Shown one piece after another: positions 10,966 through 24,192 of a stretch of 64,000 nucleotides of DNA. The translations under genes and the position numbers were made by a program. Position 1 is the first letter of the stretch; each line of letters begins with the position of its first letter. The notes below the pieces were generated by a model. That model did no database searches, had not been told where the DNA came from, and saw nothing but the letters and a program-made list of their open reading frames with translations. Source of the DNA: Pristiophorus japonicus (Eukaryota); the NCBI RefSeq assembly GCF_044704955.1, contig NC_092002.1:5952001-6016000 (forward strand), in the 5' to 3' direction.

Positions 10966-13900
10966 TGTCATGCCTGACACCAGGGGGCGCCACTGTCGGA
11001 GGTCACTGGGCTGTACGCACGTGTGTGCAGCCCAGGTATAAAAGGAAAGCCATCATGTAATGTATTCACTTTGGGCCCGAATAAAGCAGAGTCAGGTTTG
11101 TACCCGTGTTAGTTTACAGTATTCAGTTATTACATACATTACATTTGGCAACGAGGTAACTTAAGAACCTTCGCATGCAAAAATGAGCACAATTGGAATT
11201 CTGCAGAGATTCGTGGCGGGAGAGGACGGGGCAGATTGTGTAGTTCGCCTGGACCAGTACTTCATGGCCAACAAAATGGAGGAACCCACTGACACAGTTA
11301 GGCGCAGGGCGGTCTTCCTCACGGTTTGCGGTCCGAAAATCTCTGGACTCATAAAGAATCTTCTCTCGCCTGCAAGTCCAACGGACAAGGACTATGAGGA
11401 ATTGTGTGCTCTGGTACGTGACCATCTCAAACCAGAAGAAGGCATCATCATCTCTACACGCACGTTCGTTCTGAGGGCCAGGACGTGTCGGAATTCGTTG
11501 CCGACCTAAGACGTCTAGCTGGACCGTGTAAGTTCGAAAACGCGTTTGCAGACATGCTGCGGGACCTCTTTGTAAATCGGCATCAACCACGAGGCGATCC
11601 TGCGTAAGCTACTGGCGGTGGCGATGCTGGATTTGAGCAAGGCCATCACGATTGCCCAGGCATGCATGACGGCGGACAAAAACTTAAAAAGCAGATATCA
11701 TCGAAAAATTGGAACTCGGCAAGTACTGTAAACAAGATTGCATCATCGTTTGGCAGAGCTGCATATGGCAGGGCCTACTCGACTGGGTATGCAAAACCTG
11801 TGGCTGCCCAAAGTCCGCCAATGGGAATGAATCCGATTTCACCGTGTTGGCGTTGTGGGGACAATCATCGGCCTCATCAGTGTCGGTTTAATCAGTACAT
11901 TTGTAAAGGCTGTTCGAGACTGGGGCATCTCCAGCGCAGGTGTCCGCAACTGAGCAAGCGTGCTGCGACACACCACGTGGAGGATGATGACCGGTATAGC
12001 GTGGATCCGGATATGCAATCCGAGATACGAGAGGCGGACGTGTAGGAACTGTATTCGTTCCTAACAAAGAGCCAACCGATAATGATTAATGTGAAACTTA
12101 ACGGTGTGCTGGTACCGATGGAATTGGACACGGGGGCGAGTCAATCAATAATGAGCCAGAGGACATTCGACAAGCTGTGGGATACTAAGGCTGTGAGGCC
12201 TAAGCTGAGTCCAGTCAATGCCAATTTGCCTACGTACACTAAAGAACTCATAACAGCGATTGGCAGTGCAGTAGTCAAGGTGTCATATGATGGTGCGGTT
12301 CATGATTTACCGTTATGAATTGTCCAGGCAATGGTCCATCGCTGTTCGGCAGGAATTGGCTAGAAAAAAATCAAGTGGAAGTAGAACGATATCAAGGCGT
12401 TGTCGTCGTCGTCGGATACTCCATGTGCTCAAGTGCTGGGCAAGTACTCCTCGCTGTTTGAACCAGGCATCGGCAATTTCACGGGAGCCAAGGTGCAGAT
12501 CCATGTGGACTCGGTTGCAAGACCGTTCATCATAAAGCTCGGGCGGTTCCGTACACAATGAGAAGGTCAAAATCGAACTGGACAGACTCCAGTGTGAAGG
12601 GGTCATATCACCGGTCGAATTTAATGAATGGGCCAGCCCCATTGTTCCCGTGTTGAAGAATGATGGCACTGGTAGGATTTGTGGAGACGACAAGGTTACG
12701 ATCAACCGAGTTTCGAAATAGGATCAATACCCGTTACCGAAGGCTGATGACCTGTTTGCAATACTAGCTGGGGGGGGAAGTCATTCACTAAACTGGATCT
12801 GACGTCGGCCTACATGACACAGGAGCTGGTCGAGACATCGAAGAAACTTACATGCATCAACACTCATAAAGGAGCCATATTTCAGAGGAACATGGAGAGT
12901 CTGCTGAAGTTGGTCCCTAGAACCATCGTGTTCCAAGATGACATCCTGGTCAAAGGTCGTGACACCGCCGAACAGCTGAACAACCTGGAAGAGGTTCTAC
13001 ATCGTCTGGTCAAAGTGGGACTCAGACTGAAACGTTCAAAGTGCGTCTTCATGGCACCGGAAGTCGAATTCCTGGGGAGGAAAATTGCTGCTGACGGCAT
13101 CAGGCCAACGGACTCGAAAACCAAGGCCATCAAAAATGCACCCAAGCCTCAGATTGTGACGGAGCTGTGTTTGTTCCTGGGCCTACTCAACTACTTTGGT
13201 CATTTCCTACCCAGATTGAGCACTTTATTAGAGCCACTGCACATGCTGCTAAGAAAAGGCGACAACTGGGTTTGGGGTGCGTCTCAAGATAGAGCTTTTG
13301 AGAAAGCTACTAATCTGCTTTGCTCTAACAAGCTGCTGGTACATTATGATCCGTGCAAGCGTCTAGTATTGGCCTGTGCTGCTTCGTCATATGGAGTTGG
13401 TTGTGTGCTTCAAGAAGCTAATGAGTCAAGTAAACTACAACCTGTTGCATATGCCTCTAAAAGTTTGTCAAAATGGAAAGAGCCTACAGCTTGGTAGAAA
13501 AAAAAGCATTAGCCTGTGTGTATGGGGTTAAAAAGATGCATCAGTACCCGCTTGGTCTTCGGTTTGAACTGGAAACAGATCACAAGCCACTCATTTCATT
13601 GTTTTCGGAAAATACCAGTGCATCGTCCCGCTGACATTATCTGCCTATGATTATGTCATTCGCCATAGACCTGGCACCGAGAATTGTGCCGATGCACTAA
13701 GCCGTCTGCCATTGCCCACACCGGAGGTGGAGACGCCACAATCTGCAGACCTACTGTTAGTTATGGATGTCTTTGAAAGTGAAGGAACACCTGTCACGGC
13801 TCAACAAGTTAAGACCTGGACCAGCCAGGACCCGATATTATCGGTTGTGAAACGTTGTGTCCCTAGTGGTAATTGGTCTGCCATACCCAAGCAAATGGGT

Positions 13901-15354
13901 GATGAGACCAAATCTTAGAACCGTCGCAAAGACGACCTATCCATTCAGTCAGATTGATTACTGTGGGGTAATCGTGTTGTTATGCCTAAGAAAGGCAGAG
14001 AGAAATTTGTACATGATCTACATAGCACTCATCCTGGTATTGTCATGATGAAAGCCATTGCCAGGTCTCATGTATGGTGGCCGGGAATTGACTCTGAGCT
14101 GGAATCATGTGTGCATCAGTGCAACACTTGCATGCAGCTAAGTAAAGCACCAGCGGAATCGCCGCTGAGCCTGTGGTCTTGGCCATCTAAACCATGGTCC
14201 AGGATCCACATCGACTTTGCAGGTCCCTTCCTGGAGAAGATGTTTTTAGTTGTGGTGGATGCTTATTCCAAGTGGATAGAGTGTATAATCATGTCATCCA
14301 GTACATCCACAGCTACCATTGAGAGCCTTCATGTCATGTTTACCACTCATGGTCTGCCAGGCATCGTTTCACTAGTCTGGAGTTTCAAAAGTTCATGAAA
14401 CTCAATGGTATCAAACATGTAAGGTCAGCACCATTCAAACCCGCATCTAACGGTCAAGCAGAGTGTGCTGTCAAAACCATCAAGCAGAGTATGAAACATG
14501 TAACTCAAGGTTCACTGTAGACTCGCTTGTCATGCATACTGCTTAGTTACAGGACAAGACCCCACACGCTTACCGGGGTCCCCCTGCTGAACTCTTGATA
14601 AAGAGAGGGCTCAAGACCAAGCTCTCTCTTGTCCACCCTGACTTGAATGATCACGTTGAATACAGATGCCAAAGTCAGTAGTGGGATCATGATCGCGCTG
14701 CCGTGTCACGTGACATTTCTGTTAACGGTCCTGTGTATGTACTAAATTATGGTCAAGGTCCCAACTGGATCGCCGGTACTGTTACGGCCAAGGAGGGTAA
14801 CAGAGTGTTTATCGCCAAGCTCAAGAATGGGCAGACTTGCAGGAAACATGTTGATCAGATAAAGCTGTGGCACACGGATGAACCGGAACAGTCTGAGGAA
14901 GACACAATCGGTGACCAACCAACCTACCCTCAGTCATCAGAGGACTCCGCTGTCATCAGTGAATCTGGACTTTCAATCCCTGACATGGTCACTGCCACTC
15001 CCATCAGATCGGCTCCCCAGCCCCCAGTCATAACAGACTCGGAACGCTCGCCCAAGGCTGGAGTTGAACTGAGACGATCAAGTTGGGAGCAGAAAGCCCC
15101 GGACCGTCTCAATTTGTAAAAAGACTGTTACTAATATCTTAAAGGGGGATATTGTCATGTATGTATGCTTGGGTTTATGAGCCACCAGGTGAGGCCACTA
15201 TTGGAGGTCATTGGGCTGTGCGCACGTGTGTGCAGCCCAGGTACAAAAGGCCAGACATCGTGTCATGTAATCACTTTGGGCTCGAGTAAAGCAAAGCCAG
15301 ATTTGTACCTGTGTTAGTTTAGAGTATTCAGTCTATCGAGTTATTACATACATA
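10966..15354 (+). mobile_element. Decayed full-length Ty3/Gypsy LTR retrotransposon inserted in an L2 fragment
   Basis: 5' LTR 10966-11143 (TG...CA, TATAAAA, AATAAA) followed by PBS TTTGGCAACGAGG. Internal gag with a CCHC knuckle (CWRCGDNH), protease LDTGAS, RT FQDD, RNase H, and integrase (H..H/C..C, RIHIDFAGPF). PPT AAAGGGGGA precedes the 3' LTR at 15153-~15354. Many stops and frameshifts; the two LTRs are visibly diverged. Confidence 0.93.
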
Positions 15355-16394
15355 GCTCCGTCCCTAAACCTCTCCTCCTTTGTGACGCTCCTTAAAACCT
15401 GCCTCTTTGACCAAGCTTTTGGTCACCTGTCCTAATATCTCCTTACGTCGGTGTCAAATCTTGTTTGATAATCGCTCCTGTGAAAAGAGCCTTGGGATTT
15501 TTTTTTTACTATGTTAAAGGCGCTATATAAAGGCAAGTTGTTGTTGTTGTTGGTGTCCTGGGGACCAACATTTATCCCTCAACCAACACCTAAAACAGAT
15601 TGATCTGGGCCATTACCACATTGCTGTGTGTGGGAGCTTGCTGTGCAGACAGTACCTCGCTGGCTGTGAAGGCGCTTTGGGGCGCCCAGAGGTCGCGAAA
15701 GGTGCAATATAAATGCAAGTTCTTTCTTCCCAGTATTCACGATGTTAGTTGATCCACTCCCCCCCCCCCCCCCCCCAGCCCTTGAGCAGACTTGAGCGCA
15801 GCCAGGACTGTCAGAGCGAATCTGTAACACAGTGACTGCGCGCTGAGCAGCAAGGCAGCAGTTTAACGGAAAGAGATTAAACTTTTCAACTCAGCCTCAT
15901 TAAGAGACGCTCCCCGAGTCCCAGGCTGCCACCTCCCCCTCTTCTTAATTAGATTCGAGGCAGAAAGACAAGGATTGATGAGGCTCACGCTCCTGAATCG
16001 CCAATTAATTGCGTGCCTTTCTCAAATGAAGAAGTGTTATTTGCATTAAACGGGCACCGTGTACCTCGGCCTGGGTTGTGAAGGAGCCGTGCACAATTCG
16101 AGCTGTTGGCTGCGCTCTCGGGCATTGCTAGCCTTGCTGTGCCACTTAGCGTTCCGCTTTCATGCCCCGCGACGCATCATTTGCACTGTGTGTGTGTGTG
16201 TGTTTTTATCCACCTCCCCCGACTCCGGTGTTAAGAATTTCCCCGGCGGGGTAAGCACGCCGGGTGAGGATTTCCGCCCCGCGGTGTATTCGCGAGCCAG
16301 CGTCCCCGGCCGAGCCGAGGAATTCTCCCCTCTCGCTGCGCAGGTCTGCCGTTCATTCCAGCTCCTCCAGGATTACCCCAGTGTCCGAGCCACA

Positions 16395-17860
16395 TGTCAG
16401 CCGTGGCTCAGTGGGCAGCACTCTGGTCTCTGAGTCAGAGAGGGTGTGGACTGGAGTCCCACTCCAGGGACTGGGGTACCACCAAATCCAGGCTGACGCT
16501 CCCTGTGCAGTGCTGAGGGAGCGCCGCACTGTCGGAGGGGCGGCGCTGAGGGAGCGCCGCGCTGTCGGAGGGGCGGTGCTGAGGGAGCGCCGCGCTGTCG
16601 GAGGGGCGGCGCTGAGGGAGCGCCGCGCTGTCGGAGGGGCGGTACTGAGGGAGCGCCGCACTGTCGGAGGGGTGATGCTGAGGGAGCGCCGCACTGTCGG
16701 AGGGGCAGTGCTGAGGGAGCACCGCACTGTCGGAGGGGCGGTGCTGAGGGAGCGCCGCACTGTCGGAGGGGCGGCACTGAGGGAGCGCCGCACTGTCGGA
16801 GGGGCAGCGCTGAGGGAGCGCCGCGCTGTCGGAGGGGCGGCGCTGAGGGAGCGCCGCACTGTCGGAGGGGCGGTACTGAGGGAGCGCCGCACTGTCGGAG
16901 GGGCGGCGCTGAGGGAGCGCCGCGCTGTCGGAGGGGCGGCGCTGAGGGAGCGCCGCACTGTCGGAGGGGTGATGCTGAGGGAGCGCCGCACTGTCGGAGG
17001 GGTGATGCTGAGGGAGCGCCGCACTGTCGGAGGGGCAGTGCTGAGGGAGCGCCGCACTGTCGGAGGGGCAGTGCTGAGGGAGCGCCGCACTGTCGGAGGG
17101 GCGGTACTGAGGGAGCGCCGCACTGTCGGAGGGGCAGTGCTGAGGGAGCGCCGCACTGTCGGAGGGGCGGTACTGAGGGAGCGCCGCACTGTCGGAGGGG
17201 CAGTGCTGAGGGAGCGCCGCACTGGGTGGACGTAAAAGATCCCATTGCCACTATTTCAAAGAAGAGCAGGGGAGTTCTGGGGCCAATATTTATCCCTCAA
17301 TCAACATCACTAAAACAGATTATCTGGTCATTATCACATTTGAGAGAGATTGCTGTGCACAGATTGGCTGTTATCTCTCCTACATTAACAAAAGACTTGC
17401 ATTTATATAGCGCCTTTCACAACCACCGGATGTCTCAAAGCGCTTTACAAGCAATGAAGTACTTTTTGGAGTGTAGTCACTGTTGTAATGTGGGGAAACG
17501 CGGCAGCCAGTTTGCGCACAGCAAGCTCCCACAAACAACAATATGATAATGACCCAGATCATCTGTATTTTTGTTATGTTGATTGAGGGATAAACATTGG
17601 CCCCGGGACACCCGGGAGAACTCCCCTGCTCTTCTTTGAAATAGTGGCCATGGGATCGTTTACGTCCACCTCAGAGGGCAGACGGGGCCTCGGTTTAACA
17701 TCTCATCCAAAAGAAGGCACCTCCGACAGTGCAGTGCTCCCTCAGCACTGCACTGGGAGTGTCAGACTAGATTTATGTGCTCAAGTCGCTGGAGTGGGAC
17801 TTGAACCCACAACCTTCATAACGCAGAGGTGAGTGTGCTGCTCACTGAGCCACGTCTGAC
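16395..17860. mobile_element. Tail-to-tail SINE pair: + copy (16395-17390, ~22 units) and - copy (17390-17860, 1 unit)
   Basis: tRNA-like heads at both outer ends; 33-bp array at 16506-17224. Confidence 0.8.
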
Positions 17861-18492
17861 ACCAGTGATTACACGCCAGAAGCACTTCACTGGCTGATTA
17901 AGCGCTTTGAGACATCCTGAGGTTGTGCAAGGTGTCGTTTAAATGCACGTCTTTCTCTCTCTATATAGATGGCAATTTAACCCTAGGGATTCGCATGGCT
18001 TAATAAATCAAGGGAGAGAAGCCATCACAGTTAATTAAGATTAGAAAGTCAAGCCTTTGGGCTTTTGGTACGAACATTGTTAGCTGGAACATCAACCCTT
18101 TGCACACTGCAGTTTTATTCAGTGAGCGAGCTTGCGTGGGCAGGAGCCTCTGTCAAAGAACAACACGCCAAGATGAGTGGATTTGAACCGTTTGGTTTGG
18201 GTGAACCCTTTCTCGGTTCGATGACTTTGGGGATTGGAATCCATTTAAAAACAGATTAAAAAGGCAAGGGGCTAAAAAAAAAAAAAAAATAATCCCTCTC
18301 GTCTCGTTGAGATGGAGGGAGCCTGAAACCTGATTAAGCGAAGGAGATTCAGATCGTAATCTCTTGACTGTGTGGAGACCTTGCTCAGGGCGAGTGGGCT
18401 GGGACACAGCTTAACGAGGAGATAGCTTCAGAACCCGGGGCTGGACCTTCTCTCATCCCCCCCCCCCCCGAAATTCTGCAGCAGCTCTGTGA

Positions 18493-18645
<153 letters not shown>

Positions 18646-19149
18646 TAGGGGAAATGGATAAACCTCTTTATTTAAGTTTCTTGCACGCGTTCTTAAAACA
18701 GGTGCAACCTTAGAGTAACCCTGCGGCCTGGATTTTCGGTTATCCATCTTCTCTTCTTTTTGGGCGATCGCTCGGTGTCCGAGGAAGACTTGCTTCCACA
18801 CTAATGAGTTCTCGGGTGACGGATGAGACCAATGCGGGGACCTACAGTCCCTGTCACAGGGGGGGGGCAGACGGTGGTTGGGGGGGGGGGGGGCTTGGGT
18901 TGCCGTGCGCTCCTTCCGCTGTTTGTGCTTGGCTTCCGCGTGCTCCCGGCGACGAGACTCGATGGCGTCCGGCGCCCTCCCGGATGCACCTCCTCCACTT
19001 TGGCCGGTCTCGGGCCAGGGATTCCCAAGAGTCGGTGGGGATGTTGCATTTTTTTTTCCAGGGAGGCTCTGAGGGTGTTCCTTGAAGCGCTTAACTCTGC
19101 CCAGCTGGGGCTCACTTGTCATGTCGGAGCTCCGAGTAGAACGCTTGCT

Positions 19150-19842
19150 TTGCCAGAGGGGGCGTTAATGGGAGCGCTCGAGGTTACCGACCGGGAGCCC
19201 AGCATTTAGCGCCCCGACCAAAAATTCACGAGCAGCTCACTGGGGGCGCAAACCGTTCGCGCCCGGCTGCTGACGACCATGACGTATTCCTGGTGCAACG
19301 CCCGTGCTTGCTTCCCGGCCGGTAAATTTGCCGCGGCCGCCTCATTGAGCGTTCGCCAAGAACAACATCGGGAAAAACAGTCGGTGCAGGCGTGCAGAAT
19401 TGTTAACTGGTGGTCACTTAACGGGACGAGGAAGCGCTTCCCTCCGAGGTCACAGTCAGTGCAATGTTTACACACAGCACGGTGCGTGGGCCTCCGAGTG
19501 TGCAGTGAGTGGCAGACAGGCGTAACAGTGCAGGTTGCAAACAAGTGGTTTGGAAAACTTTAATGGGGGTGCGTTACTATGTCGCGCCCTTAAGACTCGG
19601 CTGTTCCCGGAGGTTGAATCGGAGTTCCACGCATGCGCGATGACTCGGTTAAACTTAGCACCGGAAATTTCGTGAGCGCCCCACCAGCTCTGGTGCGCGA
19701 TGGCTAATTTACCGCCCCTGTCAGCTCTTCGGCCGATTCTGACGAATTTCTGGGCGGGCGGCGCAAACTTTTTCCAGGCGCTAAAAGTACCGCTCCGCCT
19801 GGATTAACGCCGCAACAGATGCGCGGCCGAATTTCTCTCCCC
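19150..19842. mobile_element. GC-rich non-coding interspersed element (MITE/Harbinger-like); second copy at 48540-49181
   Basis: The two copies align over ~650 bp and end in GGCCGAA(T/C)TTCTCTCCC. No ORF is conserved between them. The class assignment is inferred. Confidence 0.6.
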
Positions 19843-20099
19843 TTGGATTATTATGCGTTTATTTTTGACGGTGAGTTGTGTGTGTGTGTGTGGGTTGTTT
19901 TGATTATATGGATAATTTAGCAAATTATGCACATGCACTGGTGTGTGTGTGTGAGTTCTTGTTACAAGAGGTGAGATGTTTGACCCAGAAACATCGGAGA
20001 AATCGGCACTGCCAGCAGTAATTAGGGGTTTATGAAACTTCGCCCAAACATTAAATGAAATTTTAATCCATTTAATTCCTTCAATTGATGCTTGCAGAC

Positions 20100-20958
20100 T
20101 AGGCTAACACTCCCAGTGCAGTGCTGAGGGAGCGCCGCACTGTCGGAGGGGCAGTGCTGAGGGAGCGCCGCACTGTCGGAGGGGCAGTGCTGAGGGAGCG
20201 CCGCACTGTCGGAGGGGCGGTACTGAGGGAGCGCCGCACTGTCGGAGGGGCAGTGCTGAGGGAGCGCCGCACTGTCGGAGGGGCAGTACTGAGGGAGTGC
20301 CGCACTGTCAGAGGGGCAGTACTGAGGGAGCGCCGCACTGTCGGAGGGGCAGTACTGAGGGAGCGCCGCACTGTCGGAGGGGCAGTACTGAGGGAGTGCC
20401 GCACTGTCGGAGGGGCAGTACTGAGGGAGCGCCGCACTGTCGGAGGGGCAGTACTGAGGGAGCACCGCTCTGTCGGAGGGGCAGTACTGAGGGAGCGCCG
20501 CACTGTCAGAGGGGCAGTACTGAGGGAGTGCCGCACTGTCGGAGGGGCAGTGCTGAGGGAGCGCCGCACTGTCGGAGGGGCGGTGCTGAGGGAGCGCCGC
20601 ACTGTCGGAGGGACAGTGCTGAGGGAGCGCTGCACTGTTGGAGGTGCTGTCTTTCGGATGTGACGTTAAACCGAGGCCCCCTCTGCCCTCTCAGGTGGAT
20701 GTAAAAGATCCCACGGCCGCTATTTCCAGGAAGAGCAGAGGTGTCCTGGAGCCAATATTTAACCCTCAATCAACATCACTAAAAGATGATCTGGGTCATT
20801 ATCACGTTGCTGTTTGTGGGAGCTTGCTGTGCGCAAATTGGCTGCTGTGTCTCCCACATTACAACAGTGACTACACACCAAAAGTACTTCATTGGCTGTA
20901 AAGCGCTTTGGGACGTCGAGGTCATGAAAGGCGCTATATAAATGCAAGTCTTTCTTTT
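20100..20958 (+). mobile_element. Same SINE, ~16 x 33-bp units
   Basis: Array 20116-20645 with a CAGTACTG variant, then core and tail. Confidence 0.8.
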
Positions 20959-23900
20959 AGTCCTATTCCCCTGCCCTTTCCCATTTCTAAATATTTTTCT
21001 TTTTTCAAATGTTTTTCCAATTCCCTTTTAAAACCTTTAGTGGATTTTGCTCCAGGCATTCCAGGTCTCAACAAGGCTCAGAGTAAAGCGAATAAATTCT
21101 CCAAAGCCTCTCCCTTCATTCTTTTTCTAATTAATCTTAAAATGATGTCCCTCTAGTTACGAACTCGCCGGGCAATGGAAATAATTCTTCCCGACTTAGC
21201 TTACCAAACCCAGCGTTATTTTGAAGTTGCCCCTTTTTTATGCCCCATTAGCACCGTGCCCCGTGGCTTGTGTCCAGGGACGGCGCGCACACGGCGATGA
21301 CGTCACCGCCGTGATCGCTGACCCCTTTGCGCCCCGCCGGTGGGAAATCGGCCCTGCGGGACGCGAGACTGCTGCGGGGCCGATGTCCGAGGGGGGAGGC
21401 CGTGCGCGCCCCGGGCCGCCATTTTGTTTTCTGTCAGCCGACTCTTCCATCGGTCCCGACAATGGCGGCCCTCGTCTCGGCCAGGCCGCCCTCGTGCACT
21501 CCTCTTTGCGCGTCGGACCGCTGGGCCCGGTCGAGATTGTCCCTGGTGGCCCAGAGGCGGCCACCCCATCATCATCATAGGCAGTCCCTCGGAATCCAGG
21601 AAGACTTGCTTCCACTCTTAAAATGAGTCCTTAGGTGACTGAACAGTCCAATAGGAGAACCACAGTCCCTGTCACAGGTGGGACAGATAGTCGTTGAGGG
21701 AAGGGCTGGGTGGGACTGGTTTGCCGCACACTCCTTCTGCTGCCTGCGCTTGGTTTCTGCACGCTCTCGGCGACGAGACTCGAGGCGCTCAGCGCCCTCC
21801 CGGATGCACTTCCTCCACTTAGGGTGATCTTTGGCCAGGGACTCCCAGGTGTCGGTGGGGATGTTGCACTTTATCAGGGAGGCTTTGAGGGTGTCCTTGT
21901 AACGTTTCCTCTGGCTCGCTTGCCGTGTAGGAGTTCCGAGTAGAGCGCTTGCTTTGGGAGTTTTGTGTCTGGCATGCGAACTATTATGTGGCCTGCCCAG
22001 CAGAGCTGATCGAGTGTGGTCAGTGCCTCAATGCTGGGGATGTTGGCCCGGTTGAGGACGCTAACGTTGGTGCGTCTGTCCTCCCAGGGGATTTGTAGGA
22101 TCTTGCGGAGACGTTGTTGGTGGTATTTCTCCAGCGATTTGAGGTGTCTGCTGTCTCTGAGCCATACAGGAAGGCGGGTATTACTACAGCCCTGGAGACC
22201 ATGAGCTTGGTGGAAGATTTGAGGGCCTGGTCTTCAAGCACTCTTTTCCTTAAGCGGCCAAAGGCTGCACTGGTGCACTGGAGGCGATGTTGAATCTTGT
22301 CGTCAATGCATGCTCTTGTTGAAGCCTTGCAGAGTGCGCGGAGGCCCCTCCCCTTTAATTGAAGGGGCGGGGCGTTGTGGCGCCTCAGCGCTACGCGGAG
22401 CTTCCGTCTCGTTTGAGGGGTGCAAAGGTCAATTCCACGCTGGGGGCAGGACGTCCGGGCTAGGCGATAACTGACCTGGTCCCGAAGGGGTACCCTGGCA
22501 ACTTCGGCCCCCCTAACTCTTGACCTTCTGTGTTCTAATGAAAAGAAACCCCATGCTCTTATAATTAACGCCTCCCCTCCCTGGTATGAGTTGAGTGAAT
22601 CTCTCCTGCCCCTTCTCCACAGTCTTGACATCTTTCAACGTCTAGTATTCACCTGGCTCGTATCACCAACAGCGTTGCTACCCTAAAATGTTAAATTACT
22701 AAACCCTTAATGTGCACGCACCATTATGAATTGAATTAAATCGCTTGCATTTCTATAGCGCCTTTCACTACCTCGGGACGTCCCAAAGCGCTTTACAGTC
22801 AATGAAGTACTTTCTGAAGCGTAGTCGCAGTTGTAATGTAGGAAGCGCGGCAGGCAAATTGCGCACAGCAAGCTCCCACACACAGCAATGTGATAATGAC
22901 CAAATCATGTGCTTTTAGTGATGTCGGTTAAGGGATAAATATTGGCCCCAGGACACCGGGGAGAACTCCCCTGCCCTTTACTGCAAAATAGTGGCCGTGG
23001 AATCTTTTACGTCCAGCTGAGAGAGCAGACGGGGCCATCTAAACGTCTCATCTGAAAGACGGCACCTCCGACAGTGCGGCACTCCCTCAGCACTGCACTG
23101 GGAGTGATGGCCCAGATTTATGTGCTCAAGTTCCTAGTGATCCTGAGGCAGTATTTAAATTCAGTGAATTAAATAAATCTGGAATAAAAAGCCAGTATCA
23201 GTGAGCATGAAACTACCGGATTGTCAGTAAAAACCCATCGGGTTCCCTGACGTCCCTTTAGGGAAGGAAATCTGCCGCCCTTACCCGGTCTGGCCGATAT
23301 GTGACTCCAGACCCACAGCGATGTGGTTGATCATTAACTGCCCCCTGAAATACCCCAGCGAGACACTCCGTTGTACCAAACCGCTACGACAAAGTCAGCA
23401 CTTTGGAAACATCTTCACCACACGGACTGAAGCGGTTTAAAAAGGCGGCTCATCGCCACCTTCTCGAGGGGCAATTAGGGATGGGCAATAAATGCCGGCC
23501 TTGCCAGCGACGCCCACATCCCGTGAACGGAATAAATTAAACACGCAAGTACACACTGTGGTAGTTGCGGAGTTCCAGGTCTTGCGCCGTGCTCCTGAAC
23601 ATTTAAAAATAAAAAATACAGGACTGTGCAGGATTGAGTTTCTAAGTTCTCTGAGACAAAGGGAATGGACCGAAGCGAGTCTCGTGGTCACCGATTCAAA
23701 GTCAAAGCACAGAAGCTAAATATCTGCATGACTGAGTCCCAAGATGTTAATCAGTGTGTTTCATCTTCCCTACCCTCTCCTCGCACTCTGGCCAGAGGCA
23801 CTGATTCAACAGCAACACCTTCTGGAGCCGCAGAACTGGAAATTTGCGCACAGCAAGCTCCTACAAACTGCAACATGATAACGACCATCTAATCTGTTTT

Positions 23901-24192
23901 TTAATGATGTTGGTTGGGGGATAAATATTAGCCCCAGGACACTGGGGAGAACTCCCCCTGCTCTTCTTTTAAATACTGCCATGTGATAATTTACACCCAC
24001 CTGAGAGAGCAGACGGGGCCTCGGTTTAACGTCTCATCCAAAAGACGGCACCTCCGACAGTGCGGCGCTCCCTCAGCACTGCCCCTCCGACAGTGCGGCG
24101 CTCCCTCAGCACTGCCTCTCCGACAGTGCGGCGCTCCCTCAGCACTGCCCCTCCGACAGTGTGGCACCTCCTCAGCACTGCCCCTCCGACAG

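Noticed and set aside
11183-15119. Domesticated or active Gypsy gag-pol gene
   Set aside because: Numerous stops, frameshifts and deletions, plus diverged LTRs, indicate neutral decay.
16264-17251. Long repetitive ORFs (VLRERRTVGGA, RRSLSTAPPTV, PSALPLRQCGA) here and at every SINE array, including 59409-60944
   Set aside because: They arise because the 33-bp unit is a multiple of three and lacks stops in several frames. Both strands are open and there is no splice or codon evidence.
20650-20680. Hammerhead-like string (C[G/A]GATGAG...AAAC) in the SINE core
   Set aside because: It lacks the invariant CUGA and GAAA core and convincing flanking helices.
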